Assembly (NCBI GenBank): GCA_043228905.1
Contig: JBHGNT010000017.1
Location: 4,588,001 to 4,652,000, forward strand
Direction: 5' to 3'
DNA from: Azolla caroliniana
Lineage: Eukaryota > Plantae > Polypodiophyta
DNA: 64,000 nt
This document shows positions 11,540 through 25,846 of the stretch, piece after piece (position 1 is the first letter of the stretch; every line of letters starts with the position of its first letter). The position numbers and the translations under genes were made by a program. The notes below the pieces were generated by a model. The model did not search any database, was not told the origin of the DNA, and saw only the letters and a program-made list of their open reading frames with translations.

Positions 11540-14500
11540 TCATGACGATACTGCCGTTGTTTCAGCCTATTAACAAAAGACCATGTTTAGCTGAAGCATA
11601 AAGGTATGAACATATGTTAATAGAAGTGGAAAAACAATTTGACCTTTGCAAGCTGAGTATCTTGTTTGCGTATTTTCCGAGTGGGTGTTCTCATTGTAAC
11701 CAACTCTTCCGCTGCAGTTGGATGGATTCCAACTGTGCTATCAAACTGGGCTTTTGTAAGCTCAGCTTTCACTGCTATTGCAACCCCCTGCAAATAAATA
11801 AAATTAATCAGAAATATATTGCTCTATAAAAACCAAAAATCTGGGTTTATAGAATTACGAGAAACGAACCTGAGCAATCTCTGGAGTCTCGTCTCCACAC
11901 ATGTGAACTCCAACAACTTTATCTGTAGCTACATCAACAATAATTTTCATCAACGTCCTATCTGGAAGGCCTGACAAAGTAGCCTTCATAGGACGAAAAT
12001 TGGCTGTATACACATCAACATCTCCATATTTAGCAATAGCCTGCATTGCCCAATGTAATGATTTATACAAACACAAGCATAATAAACACAACTATCAGCA
12101 TAGATTATATGATTAAATGATATGAAAGATTTACCTGTTCCTCAGTAAGGCCAACCGTTCCAATAGGTGGTTGTGTAAAGACAGCAGATGCAACATTTCT
12201 TTACAAAAAAAATTCAAAGATAAGCATTAGACACATGCAGGAATTCAAATCAAAATATGATTAACAATATGCTTCACCATAACACCTGTAATCAGGCTTT
12301 ACAGCTTGTCCTCCAAAGACAGTCCTAGCAAATGCCCCACCTTCCATTAGCGCAACTGGAGTCAGGTTGATTCGATCAGTTACATCACCTACTGCCCAGA
12401 TTGATTCTACACTTGTCCTTGAGTATTCATCAACCTGCCTTGGTTTCTATCTATTAATGCAAAATACTGGCAATAAAAGCCACAATAAACAGAATACCAT
12501 AATAAACCTACCAATATGGCCCCTTTCTGGTCCAATGCAACCCCTGCTGCTTCCAAACCCAGATTCTGTATCCAATATAATTAACAATATAAGAGCATAG
12601 AATACTAAATCAGACATCATATGAGATTAGAAACCACAAGGTCATAAAATGCAGGAGCATTTAATTCACAAGATATTTTCTTTTCCAAGGCCAGAAGCAT
12701 AGGGCAAGAAAATCAGAACATGTTACAGGAATAACTAAATAAAACAAGGTTACAATTCAGTTCAAACATGGAATTATAACTGCAGTAATATTTACACTTT
12801 CGTCGAACATTTTTTAATGCAGACCAACGCATTTTCAATTTGACAAAGGGAAACAGAATACAGGTTCATATAGAATGTGCATAGCACTTCCTAAGCAAGG
12901 TACAAAGCCCTTCTGTTCCATAATTGTAAGACAAATAGACAATTGACAATGCAGTGCTGTTACCATCAAATTCATTACCTACAAGTATTGGCAAGTTTCA
13001 ATCTGATAAGAACTTTATGTTTGTGCCATTAAAGTTTGATAAAGAAAGGAATCTACCAAAATAATATAGAGGCCTAGGGCAAGCAAATAACCGAGTAAGT
13101 AAATAATTTATATACATTCGTAAGCAAATAATTTATAATTTATATACCTTTGTATTTGCACGGCGCCCAGTTGCAAACATAATATGAGAAAAGGAATGTT
13201 TAGAGCCTTTGTTAGTCTTCAAAGAAAGCTGGCCAGTGCTATCCTTCTCTATAGCAACAGGGCTCTCCTCAAAATGAAAGTTAATTCCTCTCAACGCCAT
13301 CTGATCCGCAATAAAATCCCTAATCTGCAGAAACAATTGACTAAGAACTTCCCAATAGGGATGGAAATAGGGAAAAAAAAGTATGAAAAATATTCACCTC
13401 TTCATCAAACCCTCTTAGGACCTTATTCTGACGAATGAACACATGAACTTCACTTCCTAAGCTATTGAAAATACCAGCAAACTCCAGACTAATATAGCCA
13501 CCTCCAATAATTCCAATTTTTTCAGGTCGAGACGGTAAATCCAGAGCTTCATCAGAGGTGATTGCATACTCCTTGCCAACAATATCAGGAACAAAGGCAC
13601 GCCCTCCAACAGCCACTAAGATATGTTTGGCTGTGTAATGTTTTCCATTGACTTCCACAGTATGATTGTCAACAATCTAAGGAAAAAATATAATACACAT
13701 TTAGTGAATGTGAAAAGCTTCCCGCGAGGTGCCAGGGGCTGCAAGCAAAAAAATTGACCTTGAAAAATGTTCTTCTAAATTCTAAGCCACCCCATTGTGT
13801 CCTAATATCATCGTATAATAAACATGAACTAGAATCAGAAAGGTTACATATGTTAAAGAAAAATAGAGAGCTACGACATGGACCAGATAATCACAGCCAA
13901 TTTAAACCTTTTTAACAGCCAGTTCAATTCTACAGAAATGGCAATAATTGTATCAATACTGTTTTCCCTCCTTACACCCAATTCAGTAATTATAAATTTT
14001 GGGCCTAATAAGTATAGTTTGTATGCTCCATTTTCACTATAAAGTCTTGTAAGTTCAATCTTTTTCATCTTGTCACCTCGTTTGTCTTGTGGATCCAACG
14101 AGAGTAACTTCCACCCTTCATGCATATTTTGTGTTTATATATATAGCACTGGTTGTAACAACTATCAAGTTTTCTTCTCCCGTATAATTCAAAGCACAAC
14201 TAGACAAAATCAATATTTGTCAATGTTTTTCAGTATAGAGAACAGGGTGGATGCAGCCCCACAACACTTTAAGACTAAGCATAACTGCATGTAAATCCTA
14301 GACCAAGGATTTGTTTCACATGCCCTACCATATACACAAGTTTACCAGCTATATAGCCAGTACTTTAAGGATATTTTAGCACACAATACTACTGTTAGAA
14401 AAAAGGATGCAAACAGACAACTGTCAAGTTCCACCTCCTCTCTATGTCCAATAAATAAATAAAAACTTTGGTGAATTCTGGATAGAAGTAAGATCATGGA

Positions 14501-16904
14501 ACAGAATTGACAACAAGCAACATGAAAAAAAATTTGATACAACCTTCCCACGGCCTTCAATGACTGACACACCGGCATTTGTGAGTATATTTTTATATAC
14601 TCCCAACAACCTCCGCAACTCTGCATTCTTTTGAGCGATTAATGTGGTCCAATCATGCTTTGGTTCACTCTCAAAATTCCAACCGAATCCTCTACTTTCC
14701 TCAAATTCATGTGAAAATTTTGAGCCATAAACTAGAAGCTTCTTCGGAACACATCCTCGTAAAACACACCTACCAAAAAAAAGAAAAAATTAATACTCAT
14801 CATTTTACATATTTTACAGATACTAAAAGCCCACAAATTATAACTTACTTATTTCAACATAGTCCTAAAGCCTACATATATCTATCAATCTGAACCATAG
14901 ACAACTTTAATCATCTGATTGTAAGCTTGCTTGATTTTTAGCTTACCTATGTTAGGGAGGCCATTAGAGCATGTTCAATATTACCCCTAGTTTGCAATAA
15001 CAGATCACATAGCATTGTGATGTATGTAAGCATAATTTTGTTAATAGGTAACTTTATTTCAATAAGGTTTCTGGATGCTGGCCTTACCTTTTTCATAAAC
15101 TTACACAAAAAATTTGAGTTTTGTGCATACAGTATAATGTGAGAATGCTATTTCAACATTGCCCACAAATTACCTCTTTTGACCCTATAGGCTATTCTTG
15201 TAAGAAAATTGTGAAATTGAGCATAGCATACCATCACTAGGTGGACGATTTTTTATTTAATATATCTCTAAATTCTAATGCTCATGCTCTGATAGAGCAT
15301 CCTCAGTCTAAAAGTGACCCTAACAGAAACTTCAGTATCTGCTACTTATCAATTCTATATATATCCACTTGTGCGCACTACATGGCACTGTCATGATATT
15401 TGCTTCACAATACATATGTTTCTGCAGTGTTGAGACATTATTGTTGGTAACTGACGGTGGATATTGTCTTGAATACTCTCTACCGGAGAAAGGAACTTAC
15501 TTTTGCCAATTTTCACATATATACCTTTGTGCATGGGCACTTTCATGGCGTGTGTTTCTCACAGAATGTGTCCCAGCATGTGAAAATTGTATTCAGTACC
15601 AGTGATTCACTGTATGAATATCGATGTTTGGGGGGGAAAATCTACCAAATTCCTATAAATTTGTGGTATTTTCGCATAAGTTCTTATTATTTCAAGCGTG
15701 AAAAAGGGAACTTGACTGATTAATAGAGAAGCTTCTCCCTATCTTTGCTAGAGGAGAAAGGATTGAGCATGCACTTTCATGTCGTGTGTGACTCGATGCA
15801 TGTAGATAACTGTGTACCAGCCTTCTACGTATGGATTTTATGTCCTGATGACCAGCTAGCAGATACTTGATTTAGTCAATTTTCACATATATTCTTCTGT
15901 CTATGTACACTTCCACAACGTGTGTCACACATTGCATGAGAGAAGATATTGTAGTCCTTACCAGTGTGTGGGTATTGTCACAAAATGAACTTTTTCTCCA
16001 AATGTTTCATGTAGATAAAGGAGTCTCAGATATCCGAGTATGGCTATTATGTCTCAAATACCAGCTAGAGAAGACTTGCTTCAGCTGATTTTCACATACA
16101 TTCTTCTATGCACAAACACTTTTACTATAGTTGTTACTCATTGCATGTAAAGAGATATTGTAGTCATTACGGGTGTCTGAGAAATGTCACTAAATGATTT
16201 TTTATTAGATGTCCACATATTTTGGTCTGTGCCAATGTATTTTCATCACAAGTGGGACATGTGGCACCATAAGATCTTAGTGTAGAACGTAAGATAACAT
16301 GTTTGGAGGAAAAATGGAAACTTAAGCCACATTTCTACATATGTTCTTCAGTGCCAAAATATACTTTCATGATGATTGATAGAAGTAAAATAAAACATTT
16401 AGACGAAAATGGGAAGTTACGGTGTATATTCTCCAGTGCAAAAATATAAATTATGGCAATGTGTAGATATCATTACAGTTAAGAGGAAGAACATGCAACT
16501 TACGTGCCACCAAGGCCCCCTGCAGAATCTGATGAAATTGTTGCAAAAGGAAGCTCGATCAAGGCAACTTTGGCACCGAAATTAGCGGCGAAGCGGGAAG
16601 CTCTGACACCACCACTCCCACCACCGATAGTTATGAGTTCGAAATCGAAGTCTTCTTTCAAAGAAGTAGTACCGTTATCGAGCTCTTCGGATGAGACGGA
16701 TGCTCGCGGGCATGAGAGGCGGCGTGCAGCGCTGAGAAACGGAGAAGAAACAGAGGAGGAGGAGGAGGAGGAAAGGAGGAGGAGGAGGGGAGAAGAGCGA
16801 GGGAACGAAGAGAAGAAGGAAGGAGAGTGGCGATGGCGATGAGGGAGAGCTGCAGATGAAGAAGCTATGGCTGCGAAGACGCTGCGTGAAGCGGAGGTCG
16901 CCAT
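11540..16904 (-). CDS. GR2: Glutathione reductase, plastid (dual-targeted) type
   Basis: Ten exons: 16504-16904 (Ser-rich transit peptide, FAD motif IGGGSGG), 14544-14769 (active site [11 protein letters not shown]), 13398-13676 ([11 protein letters not shown]), 13148-13324, 12512-12565, 12286-12434 (WAVGDVT), 12135-12198, 11870-12040, 11644-11787 (HPTAAEE) and 11540-11566 (stop). Phases are consistent and all junctions are GT-AG. Confidence 0.96.
15480..16220. repeat. Diverged ~200 bp tandem repeats in GR intron 1
   Basis: ATTTTCACATA.AT..CT..T..GCA..CACTTT..CATTGCATG..AGATATTGTAGTC recurs at ~15509, 15879 and 16088, with a partial copy at ~15770. Confidence 0.65.
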
Positions 16905-18369
16905 GGCCACGATGACGATGATGATCCGAAGCGAAGGAACGAAAGAAATGGACTGAAAATGGGCCAAAACGAAGATACGAAGAAAATACACAATAGTATG
17001 AACCATACGTACCATACGTGCACTCGCATTCGAGAATGTTTCAGTCATTCGAGTATGGTAAACATCCTCGAAGTATGTATTGTAAATACTAAATACCATA
17101 CTTTTGTATTCATTATTTATTATAAGGTAAATTTTTTTACGTGCTATGCATAAAAATAAAAATAAAAGGTAACAAAGTTAAGGTAAAAAGTGTAAATATA
17201 TATATGTTTTGATAAGACACGCATTCGTTGCATGCGTATGAAAACGAATGTTTTCCAATGCATTCAAGTATATTATGTACTATGCAAATAGTAAATACAT
17301 AATGAAGTAAATAAAGTGTCCGACCAACAAACAAAACACACACACACAATACAAATACAAATACGATGCAATGCAATACAAATACAAATACAATTTATAT
17401 GAGCGAAATGAGAACAAAGCAAATGCCGCATGTGCCTCCCATCTCAGCAAAAAAGACACTTTGGCCGGCTAATCGCAATATTTATGTTGGAAGGTAACAC
17501 CCACCTCAATTGATCCTCGTACAAGAAGTTATGTTGGACACGAGGAGCATGATTACGTGTATTTCCTTTTTGGTTCTATGTACATGTTGATGATATTTGA
17601 TGAGTAAGTTGTCTCGGGAGCATAGTAATTAATTATTCATTGTAGTCACATTGTTTGAATGATTGAAACATGTAGCCAAACAATATTTTGTGCAAAAATG
17701 TTGTTACCAAATAAGTTGAGCATGTTGGCCCTATTAAGATGATGAAACTATTGTTTATAATGATAATACATCCAATGATATTTTTGAATGATACCTTGTT
17801 GATCAAATTTATCAATACTACTCTAAATTTTGTTACCAACATTGTTACAATTTTAACTTTCTAGGTCCCACATCATATATGAATCTTAGGTAATCAAAAT
17901 CAATACACACATATATGTAATGTATCCTCAATATTTCTATCTATCTATATATGTTATTGATGTCTAAGTGTATAATATGATAGAACAATATATTATTCAA
18001 ATCACTCAAGATCATCCAATATTCATTGTTGTTAACATGGACATGCTTATGACAACATTAAAGAAATTCTAGAATTAATAACGATGCACGAAAGCATAGT
18101 TTATCATGACGTGATTACATAAAAAAGGATATCATTGTCATATTACAACAAATGATTTGCAATGCTTCTTATAATATAACATGCCGAGACACGTCATCCA
18201 ACATATGAAATCTACATCGAGGTTATTACATGTACAATGCTCAACCATGTCAAGTTCACTTACAATAAATTCACTTTTATATTTTAAAAACAATGACATC
18301 TTTTTTTGCGAGTTCTTCATTACTTTCTTTTACTGAACTTGATAGGAGTAATAATGCAAAAATTATAGT

Positions 18370-20560
18370 TGCCCCTGAAATAAGGTCCTCAGTTTAGACC
18401 TTTTTTGGTTTGAGGTCCAATGCGCATGCGTGACCAATGTAAAATGGGCTCATCGAACTCATTGTCGCGAAGTTTCGCGCACGTGTGTTACTTGGGCGGG
18501 ACCGCGGGGGTCTTGGACTAGGGAGTACTCAAGGGATAGAGGAGACCCGAGGTTTGCTTTACGACAATACTACTTCCCGACCCCTTCCCAAGCAAGGTCT
18601 CGTTGCCCTTTGTTTTGTGAGGCCGGTGGCTCTCGTTGATCACGACTTGTCGACCTTCCGAGGTCACCGCACGAGCCAAGTGACCAAACAGGTACAAACA
18701 AGATGAGCACGCAACTTGAACGCACAAGGGGACGATAACACAAACACGAATGTCCGTACGTCTTTATGAGGAGAGGTGCACGGGCACACCCGAACGCTCC
18801 CTCGCCTCAAGACGTCGAACGTACGAGGAAGACACAAAACACATGCACAAAATGCTCGTACGCCTTTATGAGGAGGAGAGGTGCATGGGCAAGCCCGAAC
18901 GGTCCCCTCATCACAAGATGGTCGAACGTACAAGAAAGACACCAACACACGCACAAAATGCTTGTACGCCTTTATGAGGAGGAGAGGTGCATGGGCAAGC
19001 CCGAACGGTCCCCTCGTCACAAGACAGCCGAATGTACAAGGAAGACACGAATAAAGAAAGGAGAGAAAGAAACACGAATGATATCGACCAAAAAAGATAA
19101 ATACGTGTTCGATTCCAACGCGAGAGGACCCTTTATAAAATAGGGTTTTGTTTACAATGACAACTTATAGTTAACCACAAGGTCAATCAAAACATAAATA
19201 TTAAATGCCCTTAGAGACAAAGCAAATTCGAACACGGCGAAGACGAACACACGAGCACCACCAAAATGCCAATCCCAACGAACCACGGACACCCGAACGG
19301 TGAGCACACGGGCTCGCAACGACGAATGGGGCGGAGCAACGTCGAACCAATGAAGCTTGGGCTCACGAGCACTTCGAGTGCTGACGCGAAGAAGACGAGC
19401 ACGTGGCGATGGAGGGATGAAGGGGTATGAGATGAAGAGAAGTGGTGAATAAGGAGATGAAGAGCTTCGAAGGAAAATTGGCGATAGTCTCCTCCTCCTA
19501 AAACGTCCTCCTAAAAGAGCCCCCTCGACCTCCTTTTATAGGAAAAAAAGAAGGGGAGGGGTCGCCAAATTTGTTTTCAATGAAAATGGAATAAAATTCC
19601 TTAAATCACACTGCACTATAAGACTAGATTTCAACCGTGCACCTCTAGCTAATAATCAATGTGACTATCCACTAGCCCACTAACTCTCTCTTATATAATA
19701 TATAATTCTATCTCTATAAATTTATAGCTTGTCTCCCCTCTACCTTTTATCTCTCCTCTCTCTTACATTTTACACGAGCTTCTATACCTCCTTTTCACCC
19801 TTTCTTTTCCTTTTTATTTTGCATATGCACAATTAATCGTTTTTGTGTGCACACACATTGCACATGCACATTTTTTACCCCCCCTTTCGCCGGTTTTTCC
19901 CACTTTCGAGCATGCCACATCACGACATCGTATGCAGGAACTCAAACACCACAATATAATTATTTGTGGGCTTTAGAGCCTCAATGAGGCCATATTGATC
20001 AAGAAAAACACAACGAATGCCATTGTATATTACCCAAACACGAGAGCAATATTCCACACACTCACTTTCCCATAACTTGTAGAAAAGGTTGGTCATTCCC
20101 GTGTAGTTGATGGGTGAATCAATGGCAAATATAGTCGGCTATGGGTGTCACCCGCATTGTGGATTAAGAGACGATGATGGCAATTTAATCGCAACCAACG
20201 TAAATATAGGTTCATCCAACACATATGCATGCACTCAAATGACATGATGATAATCACTTGTTGGCTCTAGGGCCTAGGTGAGGCCAGATTGATCGGGAAA
20301 AACTTGATGAATGCCACCGTATATTACCCAAACACGGGAGCAATATATCCACACATTTGCTTTCCCTTAACTAGCGAAAAAAAAAACTGGTCGTCCCTGT
20401 GTAGTTGATCAATGAATCAACGGCAAATACAATCGGATGTGGGCAGCACAACACCCGCACCCTAAAGTGGGTTAAAGAGACGATGATGGCAATTTAATCG
20501 ACATAGAACCAACGCTTTCTTCAAGCTCACGTAGCGAGAGATGAGCGAAGAAGCCCTATG
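18370..20560. mobile_element. LTR-retrotransposon-derived (Ty3/gypsy-like) non-coding block
   Basis: GC/CpG-rich island in an AT-rich context. It contains 3 x ~106 bp tandem repeats (18749-19049), a ~230 bp duplication (~19965-20190 / 20262-20500) and minus-strand TATA-like CCTATAAAAGG at ~19533-19543. There is no ORF with gag/pol motifs, and I could not resolve termini or a TSD. Confidence 0.5.
18749..19049. repeat. 3 x ~106 bp tandem repeat
   Basis: AATG..CGTACGCCTTTATGAGGAGGAGAGGTGCATGGGCAAGCCCGAACGGTCCCCTC..AAGACAC at 18749, 18851 and 18957. Confidence 0.9.
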
Positions 20561-20753
20561 CTCAAATGTGAAACCTGATTAGTAAATAATTTAAATTTAA
20601 AAACTAGTTAATCAATCAGCTAATTAAACTCAAATTAAAACTTTAAATACATAAATAAGGACCAGAATCTGAGTGAATGCATGCGGGCGACAACCCTAAT
20701 CTAAGTAGGAACTCAGTGAAGAATTCTGAAGACTGGTGGTGAATCAGAGGACG

Positions 20754-20889
20754 ATGGTCGATGGAGAAGATGATGAGGAATTTTACCCACCCGAATCCTT
20801 CTTCGTAGACGACAGGTATGAGGCAGAGAGAAACAAGCCATACACAGAGGAACAGAGCATCGATTTGGATGTATCTACCTGTCTATATA

Positions 20890-20954
<65 letters not shown>

Positions 20955-23900
20955 GTGTGTCTTTTTTCAGCTATGCATTGAAGAGCTTCACCTATGGCTC
21001 CAAAACTATCGAGGTGTACTGTCTCCAATCTTCTTCAAGTAAGGCAAATTTATTTTCGTTAGGAATTCTGCTCTTGATTAATGGATTTGTTATCTTCAAC
21101 TTATGGTAGAGCTATTGAATTCCTAGATAGAGGTGTTTCATTTGTTGCATGAATTGTTATAGTATAATTCATTTTTTACACTGTGTGGACAACTGCCCCA
21201 CCAAATACAAGAAATAAGCATTATGTCGAAATGACATGGCTCACCGAATAGATTCCGAGTTACTATAACATAGCTTTAAGGCAGTTGGAAATATCAGCTT
21301 TACTAATACATATTACAACCTATGGATATATTCAAAGTTTGTTATATTCTAGCTAACAATGAAAAATCAATCTACAAAGTTTGCATTGCAGTGCTGATTT
21401 CACATTGTTGAGGATATTTTGCTTTATTGTTTCTTCGTAAGGTGCGCATATCTGATGTTTCATTTAATTGTGATGTAAACAGCTGATTATGATCTCACTG
21501 GCCAGATGATATGGCCTGGTGCAGAACACTTAAATCAATTCTTATCTCAAAGTTCTGATTTGTTCAAAGGATGTTCAGTACTAGAACTTGGTTCAGGAGT
21601 TGGTAAACTAATCTTGTATTCATGGCAATTAGATAAAACAAATGAGCCATAGATGATGAAAATCTGAACTTCTTGTTGAATTATAGGATTGACAGGTATT
21701 CTCTGTGGCCTATACTGTCAGAAAATTGTTATGACAGATCACAATGATAAAGTGCTTGAGGTGAGCTGATAGTAAAATTAGATTCTTCTACAAAAATAGT
21801 GTTTTTTGATTGAATTGTAAGAGAAGTTCATTCAATGAAGGCTAAACTATTTCCAGAAAAGAAAACAATTAAAATAACTCGTTTTTGGATAGTTATTTCA
21901 CAGTAAGAGCTGGTTGGAAATATTTATGAAAGCTTGTTATTAGTCACAATTCTGGTAAATCAATAGAACTGATTTGGGTGATGGTCTGTATTATTCTATG
22001 GAGTACATCTAAGGCTATCTTTTCACACACCAGAGTATTACCAATGGACGAGAATGTCGTAAGGCTCACCTAATAATTAATGGAAGCTCATATACAATCT
22101 AAATGGTAAGCAAGTTAAAACTGCAACTTTAACCAGCAATGTGAAATTAATATAGTTTGTTATCTGATGGAGGATGTGAGTCCAGATATGAACAGGTTGA
22201 AATCTGTATATCCCCTGCCTGTGAGAAAATATGCAAAGACACAAGTCAAGAACGGATTGGATGCATAATCACTTAGTGGAGTGTAATTGTATGGTAATGC
22301 TCGATACATAAAGTTATGAATTCGTAGCATCTTAATATACACTCAGAGCTCGTGTAGTGTGATTATAAATATTCACCGAAGACATTCAGTTAAGTTATTC
22401 GAGCACAAAGTTCTGTGAGAAAGGAATAAAGTAACACGATGATTTGAGTGAGGATGTAGCAGTGTTGTTGTTGGGATAATTTGATATTAGAGTGGGGGTG
22501 ATGTAGGAGCTGAGGTGGTCTGTTCTATTTCATTTCATTGCACTTTGGTTTTTCCTGGATGAAGGTTCACATGCTGATTGAATCATCTTTATCACTGTCC
22601 TCTCATTAATAATATTGCATTTCAAATCTTGAAATTTATATTTCCAATAGATTCTGCTCAATAACATGTTTGATTCCATTCCAATAGTTCTCATTAACCC
22701 TCCCTTTCCCTTCTACACCATTTGAAGTTCCTGGTCCTATGTGACTATGAATTATACCGACATGACAAACAATCCCTTTTATTCAACTGTCATATATAAG
22801 AACATTAAACTCTACAAATGTAATCTTGGGTAATAGAAAAATGCTTGGTTATGCAGTTTCCATGCTTGTGTAAGTGGATATGATCTAATTCATGTGAGAA
22901 TTATGATAAAATGTGCCGTTTTCAATATTTGATTTTTCATAATGCGTAATGTTCTGCATATGAAGTTGATTACTCTGTTACTTTGCAGGTATTGCAACGA
23001 AATATCAACCTGCAGCAAACATCTAGTGGGGGTTCTTTTCCTGGAAGTAAGGATTTTAGACATCCTGTAAGTAAGGATCTGCCATTGGACTTCTGAATTA
23101 GAGATTCTTAATGGAAATGGATTGAATTATAAATCAAGAGATTCTTGATTGAGAAATTAAATTGGTGGAAATTTGGGATAAATCTAGAGTTTGAACTTGT
23201 CACATGTCAGTAGTTGGGTTGAGTTTTTGCATTTGAATTTTAAAACTGCTTATGAAATTAAAAAGGGCAATGTTTGATGTTATTTTCAGGCAACAAGAAA
23301 GTGAAGAGTGGAACTAAAAAACAATTTCATCTGTTTGTTAAGGGTATATTTTTGCTGCAGGGAATCATTGTTGTCTCGTTTTCGAGCTTGAGTATCTATA
23401 GCATAGAACTATGCAAGCTACATGAAGATGGATGAGGATTGAGGATAATAATATGAACGGTGTAAGTGTAGGGGTGTGAGGGCCTTGAAAATTGGAGGGA
23501 GCAAATACAGGTGCAACAATCACATGAACGTGCTCTAATTTGTAAAATTCATTGAACCAGGAGAAAATGGTTACATAAGTTCACTTAATCTGTGAGAAGG
23601 GCTAACACACATGAGAAAATCGATGCATATAAATACTACAATATCTATTTAGAGTAATGGTGGCAATCAAACCCAAAATGAAGCCCCAAAACTGGCGGAA
23701 AACCAAAATCAGAGAACGTTAAGCAGCAAAATGAGCCACTCAATTAGGGCTTTTTAACAAGAGTGAAGAAGGGAAGGTGATGAGAAAATCAGATGATACA
23801 TCAGGTGAAGGAAACCATAGTGATGTTTCGTAGAATAAATGAAGAAAAAGTATGATGGGCTGATGAAAATCAGATGGGGATATTGATGATGGTGTTCTGT

Positions 23901-25378
23901 AAACTGTGGAGGTATGAAACATAGGTGCCACCCGATATGGAAACAAAAATGGTAGATTCAGGGGATAAAGTTCCCAAAAGCCAGAAACTGAACAGAAATA
24001 TTGAACCTTATGTTGGAGTGTTGAGTTACGTATTCATGATGGATAGCGCAATACCTAGACAGAAAACACTATATATTCATACCATTAAATTTTGGAGAGA
24101 GGAAAACCAGCATAGTGCTTCTTTTGTATCTAAGAATGAGGTACACTTTAATGGTGTAGGCTTTACAAAGTGAAGATAAATACTTTTACTTAAAGCTTCA
24201 TATAATGGGTTATTAGGGATCATAACTTATATGCTATGAGAAATATCCCACAAATGGGACTATCATCATGAGCCACACGTGCCTCCTCTTGATGATGTCA
24301 ATGAAGGATCACAACATATGAACGTCAGATGTACATGAGAATCTTTAAGAACAAGAAAAGGAATTATCTTACAAGTTTTCCATGACATCAAGAGCAAAAT
24401 ACAACAAGACTTCTCTTTTAGTGTATGATTTGAAAGCGTTGAAGGCACCATACTTGGAAAAAATAGCGTTGACAACTCCATGTAACATTGCCTTGCAAAC
24501 TTTGGGTTTACCTTCTCATATTTGAAACTGTCGTTTTAGTTGCAAAATTTGGCCGAGCTTTGAAGCCTATAAAAATTGATGGAGCCAATGAAGAAATTGA
24601 GCTGTTTCCAAGAATAATGATATCTTCTTATAGAGATATTAGTGTACCATGGGCCTCTGAATAATATCCTATTTGTGTGTGTGGTATAGATTTTCCGTAA
24701 GGCCATTCCAAATATGTATTGTAATTGGGGTTTTACAACTTTATTTATTCTTGTAGGTTACCTCACTAGTAATGTCAAGTCTTTCTGAATGCAGTTATGA
24801 CTTGTGAAAAGCTTGAGTGGGGCAATAAAGAACATCTACAGCATATTCTAGAAAAACATCCTGAAGGGTTTGATATAATTCTTGGAGCTGACATATGTAA
24901 GAATTAAATCAGTTTTATGTTTCTATATGCTAATAACGGTAATAAAAAAATTATACTATGACTTGTTTTCTTTACTGGTTAGGCTACCAACAAGGCAGTC
25001 TAAGTTTCTTATTCGAGACCATTGAGTTTTTGTTCACTCACAAGCGCAATGCCAACAGCAAGTTCATCCTTTCATATATATCACGTGCGAGAAGGTACAC
25101 ATTAGTTTGTATTTTCTAGGCTTTTAAAATTGTAGTGCATATTCGTGCTCGATGTGTATCCTTGAAAGGGCTGCACTCGTTTTGTACTGAATGGAAGTAA
25201 ATAAATTGAAGAGTGATATGTTATCTCCTGAAATGCTTCATTTGGTGCTGACAGCATAGATGATGCTTTGTGGAGAGAAGTGAAGAACCATGAGCTTCAG
25301 ATGGCCGAGATTAAAGGAACCCGAACACAGATACATGGCATTTATGATGGTGTTCTCTATGATGTGAGACCATTGTAG
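20754..25378 (+). CDS. Protein-lysine methyltransferase, family 16 (METTL21/EFM-like; resembles Arabidopsis At2g26810)
   Basis: Exons 20754-20815, 20971-21038, 21483-21602 (DYDLTGQMIWPGA..VLELGSGVG SAM motif I), 21687-21760 (MTDHND), 22989-23046, 24795-24896 (KLEWG..FDIILGADI), 24983-25094 and 25255-25378 (TAG). The frame is continuous across GT-AG junctions. Confidence 0.92.
20895..20950. repeat. (GA)n microsatellite in intron 1
   Basis: Uninterrupted GA run of ~56 nt. Confidence 0.95.
23650..24660 (+). mobile_element. Possible LINE ORF1 (DUF4283-like) remnant in methyltransferase intron 5
   Basis: Frameshifted translation around 24490-24580 reads TLGLPSHI*..VAKFGRALKPIKID, similar to the GLPxHxW..IG..LG..IKID motif. 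It is heavily decayed. Confidence 0.3.
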
Positions 25379-25806
25379 CTGAAATATGAAATAAGTTCGG
25401 GAATTCTTCACATTATTCTTCAGTCCAACCATCATATTATTTAGGAAGATGTTGTCGGTGTATGCATCTAAAGTTACTACCCAAAATCATCTTGTGTTTG
25501 TTTAGGGTGGGATCCATTATCTTGTTGACACATTTTTTAGTCATTTACAATTAGTGTTGATAACTTGTTCAAGTTTTGTGGTTTTAGGTCTTCTGTACTG
25601 AAGGTTATTATCACACAAAATCATACCATATTTGATTTCATTGTGTTCCTAATATAATGTTTATTGCATTCAACCATGCTTATTACATAGTATTAGTGCA
25701 TACAACAAAATGGGAAATGGCTGAACTCATATAATTATGACTTCATATATCACCTACTGGAAAACAGCTGTGCCCCTTCATATATATTAATGGTGCATGT
25801 GCGCGT

Positions 25807-25839
<33 letters not shown>

Positions 25840-25846
25840 ATACGGG

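Noticed and set aside
18368-20692. AGTTGCCC / GGGCGACA as exact LTR termini
   Set aside because: Only a 6/8 inverted match, no TSD, and the right end overlaps the methyltransferase core promoter.
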